Positions 1 through 11,605 of a stretch of 35,611 nt of DNA are shown here, in pieces; positions within the stretch are counted from its first letter, which is position 1, and every line of letters starts with the position of its first letter. Made by a program: the position numbers and the translations under genes. The notes under the pieces were generated by a model. That model did not search any database. It was not told the DNA's origin and worked only from the letters and a program-made list of their open reading frames with translations. The stretch spans positions 30,767,768-30,803,378 of the forward strand of contig NC_068992.1 of the NCBI RefSeq assembly GCF_001194135.2, in the 5' to 3' direction. The DNA comes from Octopus bimaculoides. Lineage: Eukaryota.

Positions 1-27
1 ATATATATATATATACATGTATATATA

Positions 28-181
28 GGAGGGGCTTCTTTCAGTTTCCATCTACCCAATCAAATCACATGTCGCTAGTGGGGACGCAGCTACAGTACAA
101 GACAGTAGCCCTAGGTACCACGCAGTGAGACTGAACCTGGAACCATGTGGTTGGGAACGAAGCTTCTGGCCACACAGCCAC
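28..181 (-). mobile_element. tRNA-derived SINE, family 1, head half
   Basis: The reverse complement starts GTGGCTGTGTGGCCAGAAGCTTCGTTCCCAACCACATGGTTCCAGGTTCAGTCTCAC, with A-box and B-box-like motifs. A body related to 1722-1810 follows, and it abuts a (TA)n tract. Confidence 0.8.
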
Positions 182-204
182 ATTATGTATAAATATATAT
201 ATTT

Positions 205-390
205 ATGTTTCACTTGCTTCTTTATACGAGTGCGACCATTGTGAAGCACTGTCTTGAAAGAATTTTAGTTGGCAACAATAGTTATAACTATGCTACTCTT
301 TTACTGAACGACTGTAGACTAGATAGTTAACCACAACAAGCTGGTTGGAAGCAGCGGCCGGGGGCAAAACACACACACAATGACAAACAT
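205..390 (-). mobile_element. SINE family 1 tail half, degenerate
   Basis: Patchy similarity to 35393-35611 (…gcgaccattgtgaagcactgtcttgaaagaattttagt… and …gggggcaaaacacacacac). Confidence 0.55.
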
Positions 391-1059
391 ACACACACAC
401 CCACGCATATATCTATATCTATATGTGAATATATATATGGATCTATGTATAAATGTATAAATGCATGTGTGCACGTATGAGTGTTTTTATTGGAACAAAT
501 TTACGGATCCTGTAAATGTCACTGAAACACGGTTGATCAGTTGTAGTGGTTATAAATAAAGACTTTTAAAGTATTTTCTCCTGTTTCATACCTCCCCATG
601 ACATTTAAACGAAGAAGAATAGAACAGAAAATACTTGACAAATCTATTTTGGTAAATGATGCTCATATAGATATTTATCCGAAAATATATATGCTGTGCA
701 TTTCATTAAACATAATTTAGAATATACATACACACATAAACACACACACACACACACACACACGCACCCCCCCACACNNNNNNNNNNNNNTATATATACA
801 TATATACATATATATATATTTATATATATATACATATATACATATATATATTTATATATATATACACAGACACATTTTTTCACGTCTGGCCGTATAGCCT
901 TTTCTGTTTATTTTCACTGTTTCATTTTCCGGTCTTGTTTTCTGTCCGCCATTACATTCCTACATGGTACAAATTTAATTTGTGGTCCTTGGGAAGAGCC
1001 ATTCTAACGATGCGTCCTGCCCCAACACTTGGGCTGGTGATGAAAGAAATGTTCTCTAC

Positions 1060-1209
1060 GTGGCCTCTGTGTTTTCTGTACTCTCTTTATAATTTGTCTC
1101 CGTTTTGCTTGCAACGTCATGTACGCAGATATGCATCTATATATAAAGAGGTAGATGTAGGTATGTACATACATGTACGTATATGTGCATATACTCATTT
1201 ATTATTTTT

Positions 1210-1215
<6 letters not shown>
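1060..1215 (+). repeat. Diverged copy of the repeat terminus seen at 2003-2150
   Basis: aacgtcatgtacgcagatatgcatctatatataaagaggtagatgtaggtatgtacata aligns to aacgtcctgtaccctgatatgcatatatatacacatgtagatgtaagcatgtacata (2052-2108). Confidence 0.55.
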
Positions 1216-1251
<36 letters not shown>

Positions 1252-1502
1252 ATATTGCCAACCAAGTGTGGCGTCCCATAAGAGACAGAGCTACCGATCA
1301 GAACTTGCGAAGAGAGGCATCGCTCCAATCCCTAGCCTTACTTGGTATCCTGTCCTCAGCATTTATTATTCATCAGCTACTAATGATAACTCACTCCACT
1401 CGCAAAATACTATATGCTTTGTCCAGCGACGAGTTACAGATATTTAAAATAGCTTATTTCTCCTTTTTCCAGTTAAGTGACATTTTGTTTATATTTATGT
1501 TC

Positions 1503-1695
1503 TGTGTGTGTCGCCCCCATCGCTTTTCAACCGATGTTGCTGTACTTACGTCTTCTAAAATTAGCGGACTATATATATAATAAGTACTAGGCTTACAAAG
1601 AATAAGTTGTATGGTCGATTTATCCGACTAAATGTATCGCTCTAGCTTGGCTGCAGTCAAATGAATGATAGAAGTAAGCGAATAAAGTAAAATAA
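1503..1695 (+). mobile_element. SINE family 1 tail half
   Basis: Matches the reverse complement of 35393-35611 (ccatcgcttttcaaccgatgttg…aataagtactaggcttacaaagaataag…ggtcgatttatccgactaaa…ggctgcagtcaaatga). Confidence 0.7.
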
Positions 1696-1721
1696 TATGC
1701 CCATATATGTATATAACGATT

Positions 1722-1810
1722 ATCTTTAGTGTCCGTCTACCAAATCCATCCACAAGGCTTTGGTCATATTGTGCTTATAGTAGAATACCTTGCCGGAACT
1801 GAACCGGAAA
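1722..1810 (-). mobile_element. SINE family 1 head half, partial
   Basis: gtccgtctaccaaatccatccacaaggctttggtc…actgaaccggaa is homologous to 37-145. Confidence 0.65.
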
Positions 1811-1927
1811 TTGTCAGTTATGTAAGTAAAGTTCTACCCACACAGCTTCCAGTGTATATATATATACATATATATATATATACTTGCAAAATAGGACGTG
1901 TGCGTTCAATAATGTAATAATACAAAC

Positions 1928-2134
1928 AATATATATACATGTATACACAGATATATGTACATACTTCCATCTACATGTGTATATATATATATGCATATCA
2001 GGCTTTCCGTTTTGCTATGTGTTCGTTCCGTTGTCTGTAGTTCATTGTTCTAACGTCCTGTACCCTGATATGCATATATATACACATGTAGATGTAAGCA
2101 TGTACATATATGTGTGTATACATGTATATATATT
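1928..2134. repeat. Long inverted repeat (foldback): arms 1928-2002 and 2064-2134, 61-nt spacer
   Basis: The reverse complement of the left arm matches the right arm at 68 of 71 positions, plus a 4-nt (TA) length difference. Confidence 0.9.
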
Positions 2135-2139
2135 CTTTG

Positions 2140-2177
<38 letters not shown>

Positions 2178-3138
2178 NNNNNNNNNNNNNNNNNNNNNNN
2201 NNNNNNNNNNNNNNNNNNNNNNNNNNNNNNNNNNNNNNNNNNNNNNNNNNNNNNNNNNNNNNNNNNNNNNNNNNNNNNNNNNNNNNNNNNNNNNNNNNNN
2301 NNNNNNNNNNNNNNNNNNNNNNNNNNNNNNNNNNNNNNNNNNNNNNNNNNNNNNNNNNNNNNNNNNNNNNNNNNNNNNNNNNNNNNNNNNNNNNNNNNNN
2401 NNNNNNNNNNNNNNNNNNNNNNNNNNNNNNNNNNNNNNNNNNNNNNNNNNNNNNNNNNNNNNNNNNNNNNNNNNNNNNNNNNNNNNNNNNNNNNNNNNNN
2501 NNNNNNNNNNNNNNNNNNNNNNNNNNNNNNNNNNNNNNNNNNNNNNNNNNNNNNNNNNNNNNNNNNNNNNNNNNNNNNNNNNNNNNNNNNNNNNNNNNNN
2601 NNNNNNNNNNNNNNNNNNNNNNNNNNNNNNNNNNNNNNNNNNNNNNNNNNNNNNNNNNNNNNNNNNNNNNNNNNNNNNNNNNNNNNNNNNNNNNNNNNNN
2701 NNNNNNNNNNNNNNNNNNNNNNNNNNNNNNNNNNNNNNNNNNNNNNNNNNNNNNNNNNNNNNNNNNNNNNNNNNNNNNNNNNNNNNNNNNNNNNNNNNNN
2801 NNNNNNNNNNNNNNNNNNNNNNNNNNNNNNNNNNNNNNNNNNNNNNNNNNNNNNNNNNNNNNNNNNNNNNNNNNNNNNNNNNNNNNNNNNNNNNNNNNNN
2901 NNNNNNNNNNNNNNNNNNNNNNNNNNNNNNNNNNNNNNNNNNNNNNNNNNNNNNNNNNNNNNNNNNNNNNNNNNNNNNNNNNNNNNNNNNNNNNNNNNNN
3001 NNNNNNNNNNNNNNNNNNNNNNNNNNNNNNNNNNNNNNNNNNNNNNNNNNNNNNNNNNNNNNNNNNNNNNNNNNNNNNNNNNNNNNNNNNNNNNNNNNNN
3101 NNNNNNNNNNNNNNNNNNNNNNNNNNNNNNNNNNNNNN
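2178..3138. other. Assembly gap between (TA)n and (TG)n
   Basis: N run. A small 13-N gap also lies at 778-790. Confidence 0.99.
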
Positions 3139-3204
<66 letters not shown>

Positions 3205-3645
3205 ATAAATATGAAATGCAAAAATATATGAAGCCCGCTTATCGAGGAATATAACATATCGAATGAAGTTGATCTTCATGCTCTTTGTTGCTCTTTACAC
3301 TTACAAGACTCTCCAAACTAGTAAGCTGTAATTACACTGAAGTCAGCCTGGCTAGCAGAGATGACTTACGTTAGTCTGTTAGATTTCTTTAGGACGAGTA
3401 ATCTTGACAAATTTGACAAGATGCCAGGCAAAGAATAAAGATCAAGAAATGTAGAAATATAAGTAGATATCTGCAAAAAGTAAAAGAAAAATTTAAAGGA
3501 ACCTATTTGTAACCATACATTTATTAATTTTACCTTATTTATTTATCTTATTTATTTTTGGCCTTATTTGTCTAATCATCTCTTAGGTTATTTTACTTTC
3601 CGTCTTCCATACTTTATTGATTTATATATTTCTTTCAGTGTGTAA

Positions 3646-3700
3646 GCTAAGATCAAAGTGTCGTATCTGTTCTTAACAGCTTAATACTTTATAGAAACCC
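3646..3700 (+). pseudogene. U2: U2 snRNA pseudogene fragment
   Basis: GCTAAGATCAAAGTGTCGTATCTGTTCTTAACAGCTTAATA (3646-3686) matches the conserved U2 5' region (GCUAAGAUCAA(A)GUGUAGUAUCUGUUCUUAUCAG(C/U)UUAAUA). The branch-point-recognition GUAGUA is changed to GUCGUA. No clear 5' end or Sm site. Confidence 0.85.
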
Positions 3701-3831
3701 TCTATGGGAACATCGATAATAAACTGGTGCTTTCAGAACTGTTCAAAGACTTCGGAATCGACACTGTCTCTTGCAAAACGTTAACCTGTTTATGCATGAA
3801 TTCCATGTTTACCCTTTCTCCCAATTGGAAG

Positions 3832-3832
<1 letters not shown>

Positions 3833-3898
<66 letters not shown>

Positions 3899-3942
3899 CA
3901 ACAACAACAACAGCAACAACAACAACAATAATAATAATAATA
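3833..3942 (+). repeat. (TAA)n/(CAA)n compound microsatellite
   Basis: Direct reading. Confidence 0.98.
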
Positions 3943-3945
3943 TAT

Positions 3946-4187
3946 TGGGTGGTTCCTACCTAGGTCAGATACCAGGGGACCACAAAATGGCAGAAATTCA
4001 AAAGTTAGTGCTCATGGGAATTGCCCATATCCTACGTAAAATTCTGTCCATGTTATCTCAAATTTTAAAACAAACTCTTAATTTTCTTGTTTTCCTAGAT
4101 ATTCTCTAGAACAATACTATGTGCAAAACCAAATATATGACACCTCAGGCATAACACAAACATAAACTTCTAACTTGTTGTCTCTGG
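3946..4187 (+). mobile_element. RLE-type (R4/Dong-like) LINE, subfamily C, 3' coding end and partial 3' UTR
   Basis: Translates SYLGQIPGDHKMAEIQKLVLMGIAHILRKILSM, the typical RLE-LINE C-terminus. It starts immediately after (TAA)n. Confidence 0.8.
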
Positions 4188-4984
4188 TTTTTTTATTACC
4201 CATTAACGTAGAGGGGACAATACAATCTGGTTGTGAGGTCAGATGAAACGTATGAGATAACATTGAGATGAGATTAAAAGTTTAAAAAACAAAACATATA
4301 AACGGATAAGAGACAAGCAAAAGAGAGGTCAGATGGTGTGATAGGTTGAATTAAGCTCTGACTCCACGAGTCTCAATCCACCACTGATACCGATTATAGA
4401 CCCTTGACATGTTCACGTGGTTACATTCATTCGCAACACCCGTGCAACACATTTCGATCAATCGCTAAGCATTTTCTCCGACAGGCATCTCCTCTCCGGA
4501 CCCACTTTCCTTTTCAAATCGAAAGCGTAACACCTCTCCTGACTGGAGCCAAAGATGAAGCTGCCTGTCATAATTTCTTTCATTCTCGTCTTCTATATCG
4601 CCTTTCTCGCGATTGCTACTACTATGAGTAAACAATTCTTACCTTTTTTCGTCAGAAAATCAGGTGGGCAAATTTTTAAAATTGACTTCTGAAAATTATC
4701 CAGTGCCTTGGACCTGAATGTGCGTTGGGACAGACTGTCAAGCTGATTATCCTCGGGACCCAGAGTCGCCCCTAGGGTTTGTCACATCCAGCCTCTACCA
4801 AACCACTATAAAAAGATGCGATTGAACTACCACCGCTGGCATTGCCCGAGCGACGGAATAGCAAGTGTGCCTTGCGACATTCTGCATACTATGTACACAA
4901 CTTAGATCTTCGATAGCACCTGGCTTCTCATCCACTGAAACTAGTGAACTTAGGAATCATCCGTTTCGACAGCGGAGACAAAAC

Positions 4985-6058
<1,074 letters not shown>

Positions 6059-6781
6059 NNNNNNNNNNNNNNNNNNNNNNNNNNNNNNNNNNNNNNNNNN
6101 NNNNNNNNNNNNNNNNNNNNNNNNNNNNNNNNNNNNNNNNNNNNNNNNNNNNNNNNNNNNNNNNNNNNNNNNNNNNNNNNNNNNNNNNNNNNNNNNNNNN
6201 NNNNNNNNNNNNNNNNNNNNNNNNNNNNNNNNNNNNNNNNNNNNNNNNNNNNNNNNNNNNNNNNNNNNNNNNNNNNNNNNNNNNNNNNNNNNNNNNNNNN
6301 NNNNNNNNNNNNNNNNNNNNNNNNNNNNNNNNNNNNNNNNNNNNNNNNNNNNNNNNNNNNNNNNNNNNNNNNNNNNNNNNNNNNNNNNNNNNNNNNNNNN
6401 NNNNNNNNNNNNNNNNNNNNNNNNNNNNNNNNNNNNNNNNNNNNNNNNNNNNNNNNNNNNNNNNNNNNNNNNNNNNNNNNNNNNNNNNNNNNNNNNNNNN
6501 NNNNNNNNNNNNNNNNNNNNNNNNNNNNNNNNNNNNNNNNNNNNNNNNNNNNNNNNNNNNNNNNNNNNNNNNNNNNNNNNNNNNNNNNNNNNNNNNNNNN
6601 NNNNNNNNNNNNNNNNNNNNNNNNNNNNNNNNNNNNNNNNNNNNNNNNNNNNNNNNNNNNNNNNNNNNNNNNNNNNNNNNNNNNNNNNNNNNNNNNNNNN
6701 NNNNNNNNNNNNNNNNNNNNNNNNNNNNNNNNNNNNNNNNNNNNNNNNNNNNNNNNNNNNNNNNNNNNNNNNNNNNNNNNN
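6059..6781. other. Assembly gap
   Basis: N run. Confidence 0.99.
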
Positions 6782-7040
6782 AAAACAGAAACAATTCCTA
6801 TCATAGTAGGTGCCTTAGGTATAATAAAAAAATATTCAGACAAATACATAACAAAAACACCAGGACTTACAAATATATATAACATACAGAAAATTGCACT
6901 ACTGGGTACTGCACACATTCTACGCAAAACACTTTCAATACAGTAAACATAAGAGCACCACAGCAAACCACAGCACATACCCAAGGCGCACAGAGCTGCG
7001 CTCGGTAGTGAAGTGAAAGCACGTTATAAAAATAAAACTA

Positions 7041-7044
<4 letters not shown>
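6782..7044 (+). mobile_element. RLE-type LINE, subfamily B, well-preserved 3' end
   Basis: Uninterrupted frame 6782-6946, KTETIPIIVGALGIIKKYSDKYITKTPGLTNIYNIQKIALLGTAHILRKTLSIQ*. The 3' UTR and (TAA)n 7045-7090 follow. The 5' part is hidden in the gap. Confidence 0.9.
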
Positions 7045-7080
<36 letters not shown>

Positions 7081-7090
7081 TTAATAATAA

Positions 7091-7293
7091 TCCTTTGTAC
7101 TAAAGGCACCAGGTCTGAAATTTTAGGGGAGGGATTTAGTCGGTTATATCGACTCCAGTGTTTCACTGGTACTTAATTTATCACCTCTGATATGATGGTA
7201 GGCAAAGTCAACCTCGGTGGAATTTGAAATCAGAACGTAAAACTGACTAAACGCCGCTTAGCGTTTTGCCCAGTGTGCCAACGATTCTGCCAA
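7091..7293 (-). mobile_element. tRNA-derived SINE, family 2
   Basis: The reverse complement begins TGGCAGAATCGTTGGCAC… (A-box) …GATTTCAAATTCC (B-box), has a central gaggttgactttgcct…aattaagtaccag…gtcgat segment, and ends in (TTA)n. Confidence 0.8.
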
Positions 7294-7794
7294 ATGTATT
7301 GAGGAAAACGTCTCTCCCTATCTACATTTTGCTTTCTTGATGGAACGTGAACAATTCAACGTGGTCTTGGCTGAAAGAAGAAGTGTCTTTATTCAGTCAT
7401 GTCACTCTTAAATTGGCAGTCATTTTGACGAAGTAACTTGCCCAATGCATATGTTCGCTGTCCTTGCATTCAACACTAAGTTCCCTTTCAAATGAACGTT
7501 TCTCGTAGTTTACAGTCTACAAATTTTCAATCTCATGCACTATTTCTAGGATTTCAAGCTTGTCTTTCAGGAGGCAGAGGTAATCACTGTTTTTCCTCCA
7601 TATTTTCCTAAACCGCGCTTCGATTTTAAATTTTGTCTTTTAACTTCTAGAGATCCTCCTGCAGTGGAAGCCTCGTTATAGCTACTGTTGTTGTTGGTTC
7701 TGCTGACACTGCTAATTTATTTTTAATTCCGCAGTCGTTACAACTATTAACTATAATAATAGTAACACAACAGCTATAATAATAATAATTACAA

Positions 7795-7925
7795 TGTTCC
7801 GAATTTTGGCACATACAAACCAATTTTAATGGAGGGATTAATCCGGTACATGGATTTTAGTGTTCAACTGGTACGTATTTTATCGATCGCTAAGCGAAGA
7901 AATGTAAGGTCAAATTCAACATAAC
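7795..7925 (-). mobile_element. SINE family 2, degenerate
   Basis: ggagggattaatccgg…caactggtacgtattttatcgatc resembles 7129-7185. Confidence 0.45.
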
Positions 7926-7935
7926 TTCAGCTCAT

Positions 7936-8001
<66 letters not shown>
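7936..8001 (+). repeat. (GTA)n microsatellite
   Basis: Direct reading. Confidence 0.98.
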
Positions 8002-8569
8002 ATTTGTTGTTCTTAAGCTATGGCAAGTTAGAAAGAACCATAAATAAAATGCTTTGCTGCATTTCGTATTTCCTTATAATGATTGTATTCTCATGCCGCG
8101 GAATCGATATTTTACATCTTTACTTATTGTTAGATTTGAAAACAATTGAAAAACCGTTGAACCTAGTATGCTTTCGTTATTTAATTGAATTTTATATATG
8201 GTTTGACCATACTGGAACTCAAACAAGGAATTTTAGACTTGTGTAACTATCCAGTAAGTAGCTTGGAATATATTTTATTGATATTCATTTACAGAATGGT
8301 GAATTCCTGTTTTCAATAAAAGGGTATCGTGAAAAACAAAAGTAACATTTCGCCCCACACATTCATATTTATGCGCGTGTAGGCGCAAACGCTCAGAATT
8401 GTCTTTGGAGACATTTGTGTAAGCGGACAATCAATGGGATCGAATCCCAATCTATCAAGATTTTAACTGTGACAAAAGTTTTATTGATCTAGGATTAAGA
8501 CTATTATGATTTCTTAGCAATTCAGATACATAATTTAGATACAATAGTTCATAAAATAATGCATTTTTG

Positions 8570-8818
8570 GAATCCGGCCCGCTGCAACAAATTTCACCCG
8601 CCACACCAACAGTTCCAACATCACTCTTCAAAGTCCTGGATACATTCCAAGCCAGTGTCTGCAATTAAGTTTTCGATGTAGGTGTCACGACGTTTTTCTC
8701 TTCTTGCATCATTGTGAAGTTGGTTCCACAAGGCTAACTTGGATGATTCTAGTTCAGGTTGGCCCGCACAGTGGCCAAATTGTCACAGCCATTTTCGCCT
8801 GATCTCGCTAACTTTGGT
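8570..8818 (-). mobile_element. RTE-clade LINE, RT C-terminal fragment
   Basis: The minus strand reads TKVSEIRRKWL*QFGHCAGQPELESSKLALWNQLHNDARREKRRDTYIENLIADTGLECIQDFEE*, matching the RTE-type R-x-x-GH…W…G-x-x-R…TY-x-D…DTGL terminus. Confidence 0.65.
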
Positions 8819-9129
8819 GAATGAGTAAAATATGCTATATTTGTACACATGAAATAGAATATAATAATACTGATTCTGGAGATATTTTAACCTATTGAAT
8901 TGTTATGAAATGGGAGGTTACATAAGTTAGCATTTCATCGAGAATCTCCTTGGCCATTCTATGAGACATAACTCTAATTAAAATAGAATTCAGATCAACC
9001 CACTGGCACTCTCTTTTTGCATGTCTCAGTGTAATTTGAGAACAATGTCTCATTATTTTCATTTTATATTCTGTGGCAAACTCTCACTCACAAACAAAAC
9101 GCATTACTATACATAAAGGCCCCCATGAA

Positions 9130-9141
9130 CACGCTCACACT

Positions 9142-9180
<39 letters not shown>

Positions 9181-9257
9181 GTGCATATACACAGACAAAC
9201 ATACACAAATACACACACATATATATATATATCCAACATATATAAAATATGCTACAT

Positions 9258-9289
<32 letters not shown>

Positions 9290-9455
9290 GTATGTATAAA
9301 TGTATACACATGCGTATATATGCTTACATATATATTAATGTGCGTATGTATATGTTTGTGTGTGCGTGTGTGTGCCTGCATGTCAGTGTGTCTAAGTGCG
9401 CGCGCGTAGGCGTGTGTGCCTGCGCGTAGGTGTGTGTGTCTGCGCGCGCGCGTGT
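9130..9455. repeat. Compound CA/TA/TG/CG dinucleotide region
   Basis: Direct reading. It explains the His-Thr and Tyr-Ile ORFs here. Confidence 0.9.
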
Positions 9456-10061
9456 TAAATATTTATTTCATGAAATTGACTCTAATGGAAACCTGTCAGT
9501 TTCATTCCAGAGAGGACATTTTCAGATTTCAACTCTAATATAATAGCCAGCTCTGGGTTACAGACATAAATTTTGTATGTATCTGATAGAGATAACTAAC
9601 TAGCTAGCTAGGTAGATATGTAGGGATGTGTGTCTGTGGGTGTGTCTGTTCACATGTGAAGTGGAATGGTAAAAAGGTTTTACAAGTTTTACTAAAATTC
9701 TAGTAGTATCTCCAAGCGGGTTTTGTTGTGTGATTTAGTAACAATCATAAGGTTAAACAATATGACTATGTGCGTATTAACGTGTGTATACCTACAAAAA
9801 TACATACGTTCATAAATGTATATATATATATATACATATATACATACATGCATGAATGTATGTATATATATAAGTGTGTGTGTGTGTGTATGTAAGTGTG
9901 TGTGTGCGTGTGCATGTGTGTGTGTGTATATATACTTGCAAGCATATGTTCATATATAAGTTTGTACCTAGATAAACATGGAGTATACATGATTTAAAGT
10001 TTTGCATTCATAATCAAAAGAAAGTGGCTTCCATTCTAGGACGAGGTGAAGTGCTGTGTAC

Positions 10062-10166
10062 TTGAAAAAATCCCTTTATTTCATTTGCGCCAATCAATTC
10101 AGCTTGCAAACGAATAATTCTGGTACGGAATGGTGTACCGTCCAGGGAAGGAAATATAGAAATAGG
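10062..10166 (-). CDS. Candidate coding exon (unknown protein)
   Basis: ttttataag|PISIFPSLDGTPFRTRIIRLQAELIGANEIKGFFQ|gtacac. Phase 0, compatible with the exon at 10281-10417. The donor is weak. Confidence 0.2.
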
Positions 10167-10280
10167 CTTATAAAACACGTGTCCGTGCAGTACTTTGGAT
10201 GTTCTCTATTTTTTTTTCTTATTTTTAGTTTGGTTGTAAACACTGATGGCCTAGTCACGATCTTCATGTACTTCATTTAC

Positions 10281-10417
10281 CTCACATATATCATTACCGA
10301 TTGAGAGGCTTGTCAAATGGCATTTATCGAGCTGACGGTACCGATTTGGAAGTACGTCGTTAGACGACCAACTTATTACACTTAGAGAACTATGCCAGCG
10401 GTCATTACGGTAAATGG
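10281..10417 (-). CDS. Candidate coding exon (unknown protein)
   Basis: attcag|CC + IYRNDRWHSSLSVISWSSNDVLPNRYRQLDKCHLTSLSIGNDICE|gtaaat. The frame is open between AG and GT in non-repetitive, relatively GC-richer sequence. Confidence 0.3.
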
Positions 10418-10984
10418 CTGAATATTTTCAAACAATGAATACCAAGTAATTTTGTTAGCGATACATCTGCATATTTAAATTACATTACTATGTATTGCAA
10501 CATGGCATGTAGCAACACATTACCTTTGTTAAAGTATTGAAGTTCAAAGTGCTTTAATTCAATTACATGTTATATAATAATGAGATGCAAGATAATTAAT
10601 CAGTTCTTTCATCCTCCAATGACCGTGAAAATCTATTAAATATATTTCCTTTTAGCATACTGTTAAAATTGTGTTATGGGATGTTTTCTCATGGTCTGTC
10701 ATACACTGTAATGGGAATGGTGGTATTTTGCATTTGAATTAGACTAATACGTGTAACATTGTTTTCACACGCACACATACACATACACCCACCCACGCAC
10801 GTACGCATTCATGCACACACACACGCACATACATGCACAACGCATACATACAAGCACACACACACAATAACGTCATTGTTACATCGATATATATACAATG
10901 ACCAAGAGTTTTTCAACTGATCTTACAAATTGGATTCGCTCTGAATACTAGATAACCGGTTACATGATAACACTTGGTAGATAA

Positions 10985-11470
10985 CACTTGCAAAAGTGGG
11001 CAGCTGAATTTAGGAGAGAACCTTGAAGATAACACAAGATCTGGAGATTCTGCAACGCCCGAGGAGTACACTAATCGTGTTCATCACATGGTGATTGATG
11101 AGGGGCGATTGATTATAAATCAAAAATGGAATGCTATATGCATACCCCGAATAAGTTGAGAATTTTCCGTACAATGAACTTAACGCGATAACTGCTTCTG
11201 CTCAGTGGATGCCAAGTCTTCTCACACCTGTTCAAAAGCGCACCAGGCAGATCACAACACAGGAAAATCTAAGAGTTCTCAGGGATATGCAGCTGGATTA
11301 TTTGAACGTTCCCTCAGCCAAGATGAGTCTTGTGTCCATTATTTTAAGCCAAAGACAAAGAGACAATTTATGTGGTGGAAACATTCTTCCTGATCCACTC
11401 GAAAGAAAACCAAAGAGCGTGTCATCTGTAGTGACGTTTGGGGATGCAAAAGACATTGTGTTTATTCATA
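10985..11470 (+). mobile_element. mariner (DD34D) transposase pseudogene fragment
   Basis: Across frameshifts: QKWAAEF…LEDNTRSG (HTH linker)…NRVHHMVID…SAQWMPSLLTPVQKRTR (WVPRLL motif)…SQDESCVHYFKPKTKRQFMWWKH (first catalytic D)…GDAKDIVFI. No TIRs seen. Confidence 0.85.
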
Positions 11471-11565
11471 TTAACACAAGTTAAACATTATCAATGGCGA
11501 TGAATATACCACATATATGCGTATATATATTATACACACACACATACACACACCCGCACACACAT

Positions 11566-11596
<31 letters not shown>

Positions 11597-11605
11597 CACA
11601 TACAC

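Noticed and set aside
1884-3279. Long ORFs spanning gaps (also 5899-6984, 11471-13553, 23014-23890)
   Set aside because: They are read-through of N runs and stop-free dinucleotide or trinucleotide repeats.
3646-4187. Idea that the nearby RLE LINE is a U2-targeting element (Utopia-like)
   Set aside because: The U2 fragment is uninterrupted across the branch-point-recognition region, and the LINE junction is at (TAA)n, well downstream of it.
4404-4631. GC-richer 75-aa ORF
   Set aside because: No recognisable motif in any frame and no convincing splice signals.
4780-4900. Canonical HDV-like ribozyme (…ACCACCGCTGGC…)
   Set aside because: I could not place P1, P2 and P1.1 in the required order. 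Kept only as an unexplained structured region.
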